Origin: Bacteroidetes bacterium GWA2_40_15
GTDB taxonomy: Bacteria; Bacteroidota; Bacteroidia; Bacteroidales; VadinHA17
Assembly: GCA_001768195.1 (NCBI GenBank)
Contig: MENI01000112.1
Span: 80,261 to 144,260, forward strand
DNA length: 64,000 nucleotides
Direction: 5' to 3'
The notes beneath the pieces are model-generated. The model searched no databases. It was not told where the DNA came from and saw nothing but the letters and a program-made list of their open reading frames with translations. The translations under genes and the position numbers were made by a program. Positions 47,815 to 56,264 of the stretch are shown piece by piece (position 1 is the stretch's first letter; every line of letters begins with the position of its first letter).

Positions 47815-49161
47815 TCAAAATTTATACCCTTGCCTTTCGACATCATTTGTTTCTACACCCAAGGCAAGGACAACCCTGTTTACAAAATTGAAATAAGAAA
47901 CAACGAGAGTGGCATCTAAAATGGCGCTATCGTTTAAACCTTTTTCTTTCAATTTATTTACTGATGAATCGTTATTAAATTGTCCAGGTGAACAGGTAAG
48001 TTTTTTGGCGAAATCGCAGAGAAGTTTTTCTCTTTCATTCAAAGCTGCATTTCCGAAATCAGAGACAAAGAGTTCAATTCTATCATGGTCTTTCCAATAG
48101 TGATTTAATGCTTCAGAATGGTGCAGAATGCAATACTCACAACCATTATTTACTGACACGACAACAGCCATCAATTCACGTTCAGATCTTGAAAGTTCCG
48201 ATTTTGAGAACATGATCTCAAGGTAAAGATCCATGTGTTTAATAATACTCTCCGGACGCAGACTCTGTATTTTATGTACATCAGCAAGCTTGCCTCTTTT
48301 TTCGATTATATCGTCGTATATTTCTTTTAATCTCCCAGATGCTTCTTCAGGAAGCATTGCAACTTGTATCCTACTGGCATAAACTATACTATCGCTTATA
48401 TTTTTGGCCTGTTCCTTTATTTTATGCTCGGCCATCACGATCTGTGTGATTTCATTGCCATAAACATTCATAGTACTTATTGAGGCTACTCCTTTGAGTG
48501 TTAAATCGAAAATCCGATCTTTTACAATGACTGTTATGTTTTTTTTCTCGCGTTTACTGATAAGTTCAAATATATCGATGTCAGAAAGTTCAGGGAAAAG
48601 TATTTTAATATTATCACCGCTTAATGATTCCTTCTCAAAAAGTATCTCCGATGCCGGATTGGCACCGGTTATTATTCCCTTTTCATCAACTCTGAACAAT
48701 GGTTCCGGATTGTGACGGGCAAAAAGCGCAAGACTCTTCATCATATCATTATCCCGTTTGGTAAATGAAGACAACGTTAAAATCTTCCAGCTGGTTTTCT
48801 TTTTGCAGTTGGGGCACTCTTCAATCTCTTCGCCAATCGATGCTTTAAAGTCCACCATCTTGCAGTTATTGCATTGAAGCATACCATCGATATTCGAAAT
48901 TTTTCCTGTTTTCAAACTGCTATTTGCAGCTACAGAAGAGAATGTTGAAACCAGGTAGGGAACCATGAAAGTCAGTAAAACCATAAACAGGTTTATGTTA
49001 TTAAATGACAGTGTAATAAAGGCCTGCGTATGATTGATGAAATTGAGAATTAATCCTACGATTATTGCGGTTCTGAACGCCCTTTTTGCCGTATTCTTTT
49101 CAAATGCAAGTTGGAGGTAATAATTTGATACAGAATGTGAATGATCCATAAATATCGGCAC
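47815..49161 (-). CDS. composite membrane protein: NrtS-like 2-TM N-terminus, CxxC...CxxC zinc ribbon, PAS-like domain, first strand of a SpoIIE domain, then an AhpD-like (carboxymuconolactone decarboxylase / peroxidase-related) domain
   Basis: 448 aa. CNNCKM...CPNCKK. The linker ...SIVYASRIQVAMLPEE normally precedes a PP2C domain, but here it runs directly into ASGRLKEIYDDIIEKRGKLADV...VSVNNGCEYCILHH, the AhpD-like CxxC. Confidence 0.6.
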   Translation of the reverse strand: MPIFMDHSHSVSNYYLQLAFEKNTAKRAFRTAIIVGLILNFINHTQAFITLSFNNINLFMVLLTFMVPYLVSTFSSVAANSSLKTGKISNIDGMLQCNNCKMVDFKASIGEEIEECPNCKKKTSWKILTLSSFTKRDNDMMKSLALFARHNPEPLFRVDEKGIITGANPASEILFEKESLSGDNIKILFPELSDIDIFELISKREKKNITVIVKDRIFDLTLKGVASISTMNVYGNEITQIVMAEHKIKEQAKNISDSIVYASRIQVAMLPEEASGRLKEIYDDIIEKRGKLADVHKIQSLRPESIIKHMDLYLEIMFSKSELSRSERELMAVVVSVNNGCEYCILHHSEALNHYWKDHDRIELFVSDFGNAALNEREKLLCDFAKKLTCSPGQFNNDSSVNKLKEKGLNDSAILDATLVVSYFNFVNRVVLALGVETNDVERQGYKF

Positions 49162-49164
49162 ATT

Positions 49165-49428
49165 TTATTTTGATTTTTCTATTTTCGCCATAATTTCCTT
49201 CTTGAAATCATTTAAATCAAAAGCAATTTCATCTTGAGGTACTGAACTTCCCAATGCTTTATCGAGAACGATACTTTGCTTTTCATACATCGTGCATGCA
49301 TCACACATTGCTTTATGTACTTTTAGCTGTATCTTTTCTGTAAGGGTCAATTTAAAATGATGTCTTTTTTCAATCAGCTCAGTTGCCTTAAGACACGATA
49401 AAAACATTTTATTCATGAACTTTTTCAT
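49165..49428 (-). CDS. soluble zinc-binding (ZAS-type) anti-sigma factor
   Basis: 87 aa with no TM segment. Contains C12 ... H38-x3-C42-x2-C45 (VHKAMCDAC). Its start overlaps the sigma gene stop by 4 nt. Confidence 0.65.
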   Translation of the reverse strand: MKKFMNKMFLSCLKATELIEKRHHFKLTLTEKIQLKVHKAMCDACTMYEKQSIVLDKALGSSVPQDEIAFDLNDFKKEIMAKIEKSK

Positions 49429-49991
49429 CTTACATTTATTTTTTTAAACCAATTATTCTCAACACATTCCCTGAGCGCAACTTTTGCCCTGTGAATTATC
49501 TGCCATAAATTAGTAGGAGCAATGTTCAATTCCTGACAAATTTCTTCGCCGCTTTTTTCACTAAGGTATTTTAGCTTTACACATATGTTCCAGTTTTCTG
49601 GCAAGTCATCAAGGCATTTATTAAGAATTTCCTGAAAGTCATTATCGTCAAGCAGGTTTTTTTCTTCTTCATGCCAGTCTTTTGGCTTTTTATCAGATAT
49701 CCAGGAGCCATCCTCATCAAAAAATGCTGATAGTGATTGATTGTCAATGCTTGCAGGTTGATTTATCTTTCGACGGTAGTGATCAATAATTTTATGGTTC
49801 AGGATAGAAAACAGCCATGTTTTTGGTGCGCTGTCACCTTTGAAACCATCTATTTTCTCGGCTGCAGCAAGGAATGTATCCTGAACCAGGTCTTTAGCCA
49901 GTTCTGAATCCGATACCTTATGGAATGCCCATGAGTATAGTTCTGAGGTATAGGATTCGACCCATTGTGATAATCTTGTTTCTCCAGTCAT
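49425..49991 (-). CDS. ECF (group IV) RNA polymerase sigma-70 factor
   Basis: 188 aa. Region 2 (DLVQDTFLAAAEKIDGF) and region 4 HTH (SGEEICQELNIAPTNLWQIIHRAKVALRE). Confidence 0.9.
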   Translation of the reverse strand: MTGETRLSQWVESYTSELYSWAFHKVSDSELAKDLVQDTFLAAAEKIDGFKGDSAPKTWLFSILNHKIIDHYRRKINQPASIDNQSLSAFFDEDGSWISDKKPKDWHEEEKNLLDDNDFQEILNKCLDDLPENWNICVKLKYLSEKSGEEICQELNIAPTNLWQIIHRAKVALRECVENNWFKKINVR

Positions 49992-50344
49992 AATAAGTAA
50001 AAAGCTAAAAATAGTAATTACTCATCGATAATTGTCCAACATACTGAGTTTATTAAGCTTTATGTAAACAAGAAACAATATATATGCATAAAACTATTGT
50101 AAGTTTATAGAATATAGGTATTAAGTGGTAGATGAAGAATATGTTATAAACTAAAACGAAAATAAATATGATCTTTTTTAAATTCATATATTATAGAAAA
50201 AATTTGTGGCAGATTTTGCGAATTTTGTGGCATAATGCACAAAACCTAATGATAATCAAGAGGTTACAGATGTCTAAGAGCGATGCGGACGGGATTGGCT
50301 TTGCCGGACCCTTTCATCCTGAGGTTACCCGGGCGAATGAAAAC

Positions 50345-50370
50345 AAAAAATGCTGCAAGGCAGCATTTTT
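50345..50370 (-). terminator. rho-independent terminator downstream of tRNA-Asp (symmetric, could act on both strands)
   Basis: aaaaaa tgctgc aag gcagca ttttt. The A-run gives the U-tail on the minus strand. Confidence 0.65.
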
Positions 50371-50381
50371 GTTTTCGTTTG

Positions 50382-50455
50382 CGGTGCGGACGGGACTCGA
50401 ACCCGCGACCCACGGCGTGACAGGCCGTTATTCTAACCAACTGAACTACCGCACC
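50382..50455 (-). tRNA. tRNA-Asp (anticodon GTC), no encoded CCA
   Basis: Reverse complement reads GGTGCGG TAGTTCAGTTGGTTAGAATA ACGGC CTGTCAC GCCGT GGGTC GCGGG TTCGAGT CCCGT CCGCACC G. This folds as a cloverleaf with a 7-bp acceptor stem, anticodon loop CT-GTC-AC and a T-loop TTCGAGT. Confidence 0.9.
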
Positions 50456-50563
50456 ATTTATTGAGCTGCAAAATTAATCTAATTTTTAATTATGCAAAAT
50501 ATATCTTGCTAAAAAATTAGTCAATAAAGTCGATAAAGTCTTTTAACATTTTAATTTTAATTT

Positions 50564-50593
50564 CCGACTTCCGACTTCCGACTTCTTACTTCC
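50564..50593. repeat. heptanucleotide tandem repeat (ccgactt) x3 plus a degenerate unit
   Basis: ccgactt ccgactt ccgactt cttactt cc, in the gap between tRNA-Asp and the CotH gene. Confidence 0.85.
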
Positions 50594-50702
50594 AATTAAT
50601 TATAGTATTTTTATCCTCTATTCATTTGACATTCAACATGAAATCAGACCGGTACTGTCTTAAAATCACTATTTTAAATTCAGCTTTTGATCTTTACTAA
50701 TA

Positions 50703-53306
50703 ATGAGGTGGGTATCATCGTTAATAATGGTTCTTTTTTTTGCTTCGTGGCAACTGGCTAAGAGCCAGTCTGTTAATCATTGGGCGACTGCTGTATTCAA
50801 CAATGACACATTGCGATATTTTGTTGGATCTTCTGATCCTGCAGCAACCTGGAGATCTTCAGCGTTTAATGATGGAAGCTGGGCTCAGGGAATGGGAGGG
50901 GTTGGATATGGAGATAATGACGATAATACTGTCATTCCGCAATGCACTTCTGTTTTCCTCCGAATAAAATTTAATATGCCTGATACTGCATTGATAGTCA
51001 GAGCTTTACTGAGTATGGATTATGATGATGCTTTTGTAGCTTATCTTAATGATGTTGAGATTGCCCGTGCAGGAATAACAGGTGTACATCCGACTTTCGA
51101 CCAGACCGGCATAGACCATGAAGCTAAAATGTATAGGGGAGGAGTACCGGAATCATTTTATATTGAGAAAAACTTTTTAAAAACCTGTCTTCTTCCGGGT
51201 GAAAATATTCTGGCAATTCAGGTTCATAATAGCTCACCTGCTTCTTCTGATCTCTCCTCTAATGCCTTTCTATCGTTCGGAATAGTGAATTCCACAACTA
51301 TTTTCCGTAACGTCCCCCATTGGTTTCCGGCTTCATCCGACTTTTCTTCATCCAACCACCCGATTGTTATCATTAATACCGACGGAGGTGTAGCTATTCC
51401 TGACAACCCGAGGGTACTGGCAAATATGAAAATTATTTACAGGGGAGCAGGCTTTAGGAATTACCTTGCTGATCTGAATACACCGGAATACCTGAATTAC
51501 AATGGCAGGATAAATATTGAAATAAGGGGATCAAGCTCACAGTCTACGCCAAAAAAGCAATATGGCTTCTCCACTAAAAAAGCAGACGGAATAACAAATA
51601 ATAATGTGAATCTGCTCGGGCTGCCTGATGAAAACGACTGGATACTGAACGGTTTGGTATTCGATCCATCACTTATCCGCAATTACCTGAGCTTTAATCT
51701 TTCACGGAATATCGGGGAGTATGCAAGCAGAACAGTCTTTTGTGAGGTAGTGTTAAATGGATCATATCTTGGACTTTATCTTCTCCTCGAAAAAATAAAA
51801 CCGGATGCAGAGAGGGTTGATATTGTTGAAATAGACAAAAATGATATCACTTTACCTGATATCACCGGCGGATATATTACCAAAGCAGATAAAACTACAG
51901 GAGGCGATCCGGTTGCCTGGTCAATGTCAAGCTACCTTGGGACCAATGATGTCCCATTTATCCATGAATGGCCTGAACCTGAAAATGTAACTTCGGTTCA
52001 GACGACGTATATTAAAACTGAATTTGATAAACTCAGCATTTCAGCTTCAGGCGGGGATATTTCTCCCATAAGCGGATACCCTTCCGTTATCGACATCCCA
52101 TCTTTCATTGATTATATGATAATAAATGAAATATCTGCAAATGCCGATGCATATCAGTTCAGTACTTTTTATCATAAGGACAGGAATGGGAAACTGAGAG
52201 CAGGACCAATATGGGATCTCGATTTAACATTCGGTAACGACCTGTTTTTCTGGGGATTTAACAGAAGCAAGCCTGATAAATGGCAATTTAACAACGGTGA
52301 CAACGAGGGTCCGAAATACTGGAGAGATCTGTACAATAACTCTCTATTCCGATGTTACCTTTCAAAAAGATGGAACCAGCTGATCCAGACTGGCCAGCCT
52401 TTAAATTATACGAGTATAGAAACATTTATTGATCAGACTGCTTCATTGATCAGCGAAGCTGCAGTGAGAGAAAATTACAAATGGGGTACAAGTTCAAATC
52501 ATGATAATGATGTAACTGCCATTAAGACGTTTTTACAGCAGCGAATCCCATGGATGACAATTACTTTAGGTTCATATTCAGATTGCAGTAATGTTGAGAC
52601 TCCACCCCTTGTAATTACAAAAATTATGTACGAACCCGATTCTACTGTCAGCTATCCCGACAGCAAGGATCAGGAATTCATCGAACTGGTAAATACAGGA
52701 GATAAGTCAGTCAACTTAACAGGTGTCTATTTCAGCGGAACAGGATTTGTCTACCAGTTTCCGGTGAATAGTAGTATTGAACCGGGTGCAAGAAAAATTC
52801 TTGCTTCAAATACAGCTGTGTTCATGGATAAATACAGAGTAGTTCCTTCGGGAAAATTCACGAGGAACTTATCAAATACTGGTGAGAATCTTGTTCTGAC
52901 CGATGCATTTGGTAATGTTATAGACAGTGTCAGTTATTCCAATCTGCCTCCATGGCCTGATGTCAGCTCCAATGGATTTTACCTCGAACTGCCCGATCCC
53001 CTGTCGGATAACAGCAAAGCAACAAACTGGATTGCTTCAAACACTAAAATAGTATCGGTTGAAGATCAGGAAATTGATCTGGCAATTAAATTATATCCTT
53101 CACCTGTAAGGGATAAACTTATGTTAGAATTTCCAGGAGGTAGATATAAATTGCAACTTTATGATTTTCAGGGAAGTTTATTGAAAACCGTAACTGTTAA
53201 CTCAGACTTATACAGCCTTGATCTGACATCTTATAATACAGGTATTTATCTGGTCAGAATAATTACACCGACCGGAAGCTTTGTCAGGAAAATTATTAAA
53301 GAATAA
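50703..53306 (+). CDS. secreted CotH-kinase-family protein with a lamin-tail (LTD) domain and a T9SS C-terminal sorting domain
   Basis: 867 aa with a signal peptide. CotH-like core (KKQYGFS..., NYLSFNLSR, LGLYLLLEKIK, WDLDLTFGN). LTD segment (LVITKIMYEP...EFIELVNTGDKSVNLTG). C-terminal KLYPSPVRDKLMLEF...GIYLVRIIT. Confidence 0.85.
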   Translation: MRWVSSLIMVLFFASWQLAKSQSVNHWATAVFNNDTLRYFVGSSDPAATWRSSAFNDGSWAQGMGGVGYGDNDDNTVIPQCTSVFLRIKFNMPDTALIVRALLSMDYDDAFVAYLNDVEIARAGITGVHPTFDQTGIDHEAKMYRGGVPESFYIEKNFLKTCLLPGENILAIQVHNSSPASSDLSSNAFLSFGIVNSTTIFRNVPHWFPASSDFSSSNHPIVIINTDGGVAIPDNPRVLANMKIIYRGAGFRNYLADLNTPEYLNYNGRINIEIRGSSSQSTPKKQYGFSTKKADGITNNNVNLLGLPDENDWILNGLVFDPSLIRNYLSFNLSRNIGEYASRTVFCEVVLNGSYLGLYLLLEKIKPDAERVDIVEIDKNDITLPDITGGYITKADKTTGGDPVAWSMSSYLGTNDVPFIHEWPEPENVTSVQTTYIKTEFDKLSISASGGDISPISGYPSVIDIPSFIDYMIINEISANADAYQFSTFYHKDRNGKLRAGPIWDLDLTFGNDLFFWGFNRSKPDKWQFNNGDNEGPKYWRDLYNNSLFRCYLSKRWNQLIQTGQPLNYTSIETFIDQTASLISEAAVRENYKWGTSSNHDNDVTAIKTFLQQRIPWMTITLGSYSDCSNVETPPLVITKIMYEPDSTVSYPDSKDQEFIELVNTGDKSVNLTGVYFSGTGFVYQFPVNSSIEPGARKILASNTAVFMDKYRVVPSGKFTRNLSNTGENLVLTDAFGNVIDSVSYSNLPPWPDVSSNGFYLELPDPLSDNSKATNWIASNTKIVSVEDQEIDLAIKLYPSPVRDKLMLEFPGGRYKLQLYDFQGSLLKTVTVNSDLYSLDLTSYNTGIYLVRIITPTGSFVRKIIKE

Positions 53307-53326
53307 ATTCAATATTATATTATCTT

Positions 53327-53869
53327 TCAAGCAGACAAGGGTTTGAAAAAACTGAAATTCACCCCGCCGTAATTCCGGTGCTCAAAGAATAATATATGAT
53401 CCTTGAAACTCAATCCCCTCGGATGTTCAAGTACAAAAAATCCATCTTCTTTAATAACTCCGGCTTCACTAACAAGATCCGGCAGTTCCTTAAGCCACTT
53501 TAGATCATAGGGAGGATCAGCAAAAACTATGTCATATTTAACTGAACATGTTTTAAGATAAGCCTTTACATCAATATGTATAGGTTTAATATTCTCAAAT
53601 CCGATCTCATTTATTATCCGCCTGATACCTGATATATGCAGTTTGTCCTTTTCAACCAGATGAACTTCAGCTGCTCCACGCGATGCAAATTCATAACTTA
53701 TGCTGCCTGTGCCGGAAAAGAGATCAAGAACAATAACAGACTCAAAATCAATCCTGTTGTTCAGTATGTTAAAAAGCCCTTCCCGGGCAAAGTCAGTGGT
53801 TGGTCTTGCTTTGAAATTGCCCGGAGGTACTATCCTTCTACCTTTATATTTTCCTCCTATTATTCGCAA
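53327..53869 (-). CDS. rsmD: 16S rRNA (guanine966-N2)-methyltransferase
   Basis: 180 aa. MRIIGGKYKGRRI, PTTDFAREGLFNIL, DLFSGTGSISYEFASRGA, FADPPY. Confidence 0.9.
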   Translation of the reverse strand: MRIIGGKYKGRRIVPPGNFKARPTTDFAREGLFNILNNRIDFESVIVLDLFSGTGSISYEFASRGAAEVHLVEKDKLHISGIRRIINEIGFENIKPIHIDVKAYLKTCSVKYDIVFADPPYDLKWLKELPDLVSEAGVIKEDGFFVLEHPRGLSFKDHILFFEHRNYGGVNFSFFKPLSA

Positions 53870-54702
53870 TTTATGGCAGTGAACAGGTTCAGAAAACGAT
53901 GCAATACTGTATCATTAAATACATAGCTGAATGTGAAATTGCCTGAAGGTTCGCTGTACTTAAGGGTTCTTACATAAATTAAGAATGCAGAGGAAAGATC
54001 ATCATATTTTTCTGTGTGACCGCTAAAATGAATAGTCTCCTCCTGTTTTATCTCAAGATTTTTAAATGTGTTTAGAACATAATACATTATGTCATTATAG
54101 TTTCTGTAAATAAATGAATTACAGAATTTTAAGATATCATTTGAAAATATTACCAGATTAAAGAACTCCTTTTCAACATGTATGTGAATATAGTTTCCAT
54201 CCACCCCGTTTTTGCCATGTGTTACATGCGACATCAAAGGTTTGGTATGGTGTAAAGGGAGTACTCCCGGAAACCTGCCGGTAATAACTTCGTAAAGAGA
54301 CCTGATTACCGAAAATAGAATATATGCATCAGGGTCAGATATTTTATTGGATAAAACAAGTTCACCATCATCCGGAACATGATTAAACGAGAAGTATTCT
54401 TCCTTTTTACCCGGGTCAAAAAGTTGTGCAGGGACAAGAGTAAACTTCCTTGAGGGCATTACAATATTGATTTTTTTATATTTTTTTAAGAGGAAATCGT
54501 CCTTTGAAATAAGTTCATCCAGCTTTGATGCGTTTAAGTATTTATTATCGTCAGCGTCATACGACCGGAGCAGGACATATTTGTCGCGTATTGTATCAAG
54601 AATACAGAATGACAGATTCTCAGGGCTTACCTGAACAGATAACTCATAGTTTTCATTCGAGTTTATGTCAAGAGTTTCATCAAAAAGTTCCAGAAAAGGC
54701 AT
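53860..54702 (-). CDS. DUF3822-like protein
   Basis: 280 aa. Overlaps rsmD by 10 nt. This gene pair is what I recall as conserved in Bacteroidota. Confidence 0.5.
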   Translation of the reverse strand: MPFLELFDETLDINSNENYELSVQVSPENLSFCILDTIRDKYVLLRSYDADDNKYLNASKLDELISKDDFLLKKYKKINIVMPSRKFTLVPAQLFDPGKKEEYFSFNHVPDDGELVLSNKISDPDAYILFSVIRSLYEVITGRFPGVLPLHHTKPLMSHVTHGKNGVDGNYIHIHVEKEFFNLVIFSNDILKFCNSFIYRNYNDIMYYVLNTFKNLEIKQEETIHFSGHTEKYDDLSSAFLIYVRTLKYSEPSGNFTFSYVFNDTVLHRFLNLFTAINCE

Positions 54703-54738
54703 TCCTAATGTATTTGTTACAAAAATAGAAAACTAACA

Positions 54739-54834
54739 GCAAAGGTTGCAAAGTTTTAGCAAAGATCGCAAAGATTAATGTTGTTAAATTTTAATCCTTT
54801 GTGTATTTTGCACTTCCTCTGCGTACTTTGCGAT
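54739..54834. promoter_or_regulatory. mirrored array of 4 GCAAAG words and 4 complementary (C/T)T(T/C)TG(C/T) words with 9-11-9 nt spacing
   Basis: GCAAAG at 54739, 54748, 54759 and 54768. ctttgt 54797, ttttgc 54806, ctctgc 54817, ctttgc 54826. atcgcaaag (54765-73) is the exact complement of ctttgcgat (54826-34). The array lies in the divergent gap between DUF3822 and the helicase ATG (54841). Confidence 0.5.
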
Positions 54835-54840
54835 TATAAT

Positions 54841-56262
54841 ATGCGTGATACTATTATATACAATAACCTGGTAAAGAACCTGGGGAATATTCCTACTGAG
54901 GATCAGTCATCTGCATTAAAGAAACTTACATCGTATATAGTTGGCAATAGTAATGATGTTATCTTTCTGATGACCGGTTATGCAGGAACCGGAAAGACAA
55001 GTGTAATAAGTTCTGTGGTAAAAACCCTTGATCTTCTGAGGATGAGATCAGTCCTTCTGGCACCCACGGGAAGAGCTGCAAAAGTGCTTTCATCATATTC
55101 AGGCAGACCTGCTTTTACAATCCATAAAAAGATCTACAGGCAGAAATCTTCCAAAGATGGTATCGGTAGCTTCAAACTCGACAGAAACCTTTCGAAGGAT
55201 ACCTTCTTTATTGTTGATGAAGCATCAATGGTTTCAAACAGTTCAAATGATTCATCACTCTTTGGCAGCGGAAAGGTGCTCGATGATCTGATTGAATATG
55301 TTTATTCAGGTACCGAATGTAAGCTCATTCTTGCAGGAGATACAGCTCAGTTGCCACCTGTCGGTTCTGTTGTCAGCCCTGCTCTTGATCCTGTTGCACT
55401 TGGAGGATACGGTTTTGGACTGATCACGAGTGAACTCCGGCAGGTTGTACGACAGAGTGAGTCATCAGGTGTCCTGATGAATGCTACCCGGGTCAGGCTG
55501 CAGGTTGCAGAGCAGGACCTGGGCCATCCGACAATAGACTGTTTGAATTACAATGATATAGCCAGGATCACAGGCGAGGAGCTTATAGATGAGATCTCCT
55601 CTGCTTATGGCTCCTGTGGGATGGAAGGAACAATAATAGTTGTAAACTCAAACAAGCAGGCTAACAGATATAACCAGGGAATACGTAACCGCATCTTTTT
55701 CAGGGAGGAGGAGATCAGTCCGGGCGACATGGTAATGGTGGTCAAGAATAACTATTTTATCCTTGAAGAGGAGGAAGACGGGGCAGGATTTATTGCCAAC
55801 GGGGATATCGCTGAAGTAAGAAAAATCAGGAAGTACGAGGAAAGGTACGGATTCCGGTTTGCTGAGATGGTACTGAAGTTTCCCGATTACAATCTTGAGG
55901 TTGAATCGAAGGTGATGCTCGATGTCCTGAGCCTTGACACTCCTGCTTTGCCTTCAGATAAGAACAAGGAGTTGTATCAGAATATACTTGCCGATTACCT
56001 TCATATCAAAGCACGGAGAAAGCAGTATGATGCCGTAAGGAACGATCCCTATTTCAATGCTTTGCAGATCAAGTTTGCCTATGCTGTTACCTGCCATAAG
56101 GCCCAGGGAGGCCAGTGGGAGAGGGTGTTTATTGACCAGGGCATGTTCAACAGGAATGAGATAACTATAGATTACCTGCGTTGGTTCTATACAGCACTTA
56201 CCCGGTCAACTGACAGGGTTTACCTTGTGAATTTCAATGAAGATTTTTTTGTTTCCCGCTGA
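54841..56262 (+). CDS. RecD-like superfamily-1 DNA helicase
   Basis: Start moved to ATG 54841, because the track start at 54778 translates the word array. Walker A GYAGTGKTS, Walker B FIVDEASM, TAQLPPV, and C-terminal AVTCHKAQGGQWERVFI. Confidence 0.85.
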   Translation: MRDTIIYNNLVKNLGNIPTEDQSSALKKLTSYIVGNSNDVIFLMTGYAGTGKTSVISSVVKTLDLLRMRSVLLAPTGRAAKVLSSYSGRPAFTIHKKIYRQKSSKDGIGSFKLDRNLSKDTFFIVDEASMVSNSSNDSSLFGSGKVLDDLIEYVYSGTECKLILAGDTAQLPPVGSVVSPALDPVALGGYGFGLITSELRQVVRQSESSGVLMNATRVRLQVAEQDLGHPTIDCLNYNDIARITGEELIDEISSAYGSCGMEGTIIVVNSNKQANRYNQGIRNRIFFREEEISPGDMVMVVKNNYFILEEEEDGAGFIANGDIAEVRKIRKYEERYGFRFAEMVLKFPDYNLEVESKVMLDVLSLDTPALPSDKNKELYQNILADYLHIKARRKQYDAVRNDPYFNALQIKFAYAVTCHKAQGGQWERVFIDQGMFNRNEITIDYLRWFYTALTRSTDRVYLVNFNEDFFVSR

Positions 56263-56264
56263 TA

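Noticed and set aside
50279-50310. gcgatgcggacgggattgg..., a partial look-alike of the tRNA-Asp 3' end (gcggtgcggacgggactcg...) about 100 nt away. It could be an att-site scar marking the redox island as an integrated element.
   Set aside because: Only about 14/17 nt match, and similarity fades quickly. There is no integrase, and I found no second copy at the far end of the island (around 38.2 kb or 34.6-35.0 kb). It is worth a computational repeat search but is not supportable by eye.
50168-50464. 98-aa ORF overlapping the tRNA region
   Set aside because: It runs antisense through tRNA-Asp and its terminator. The tRNA cloverleaf is a much stronger explanation.
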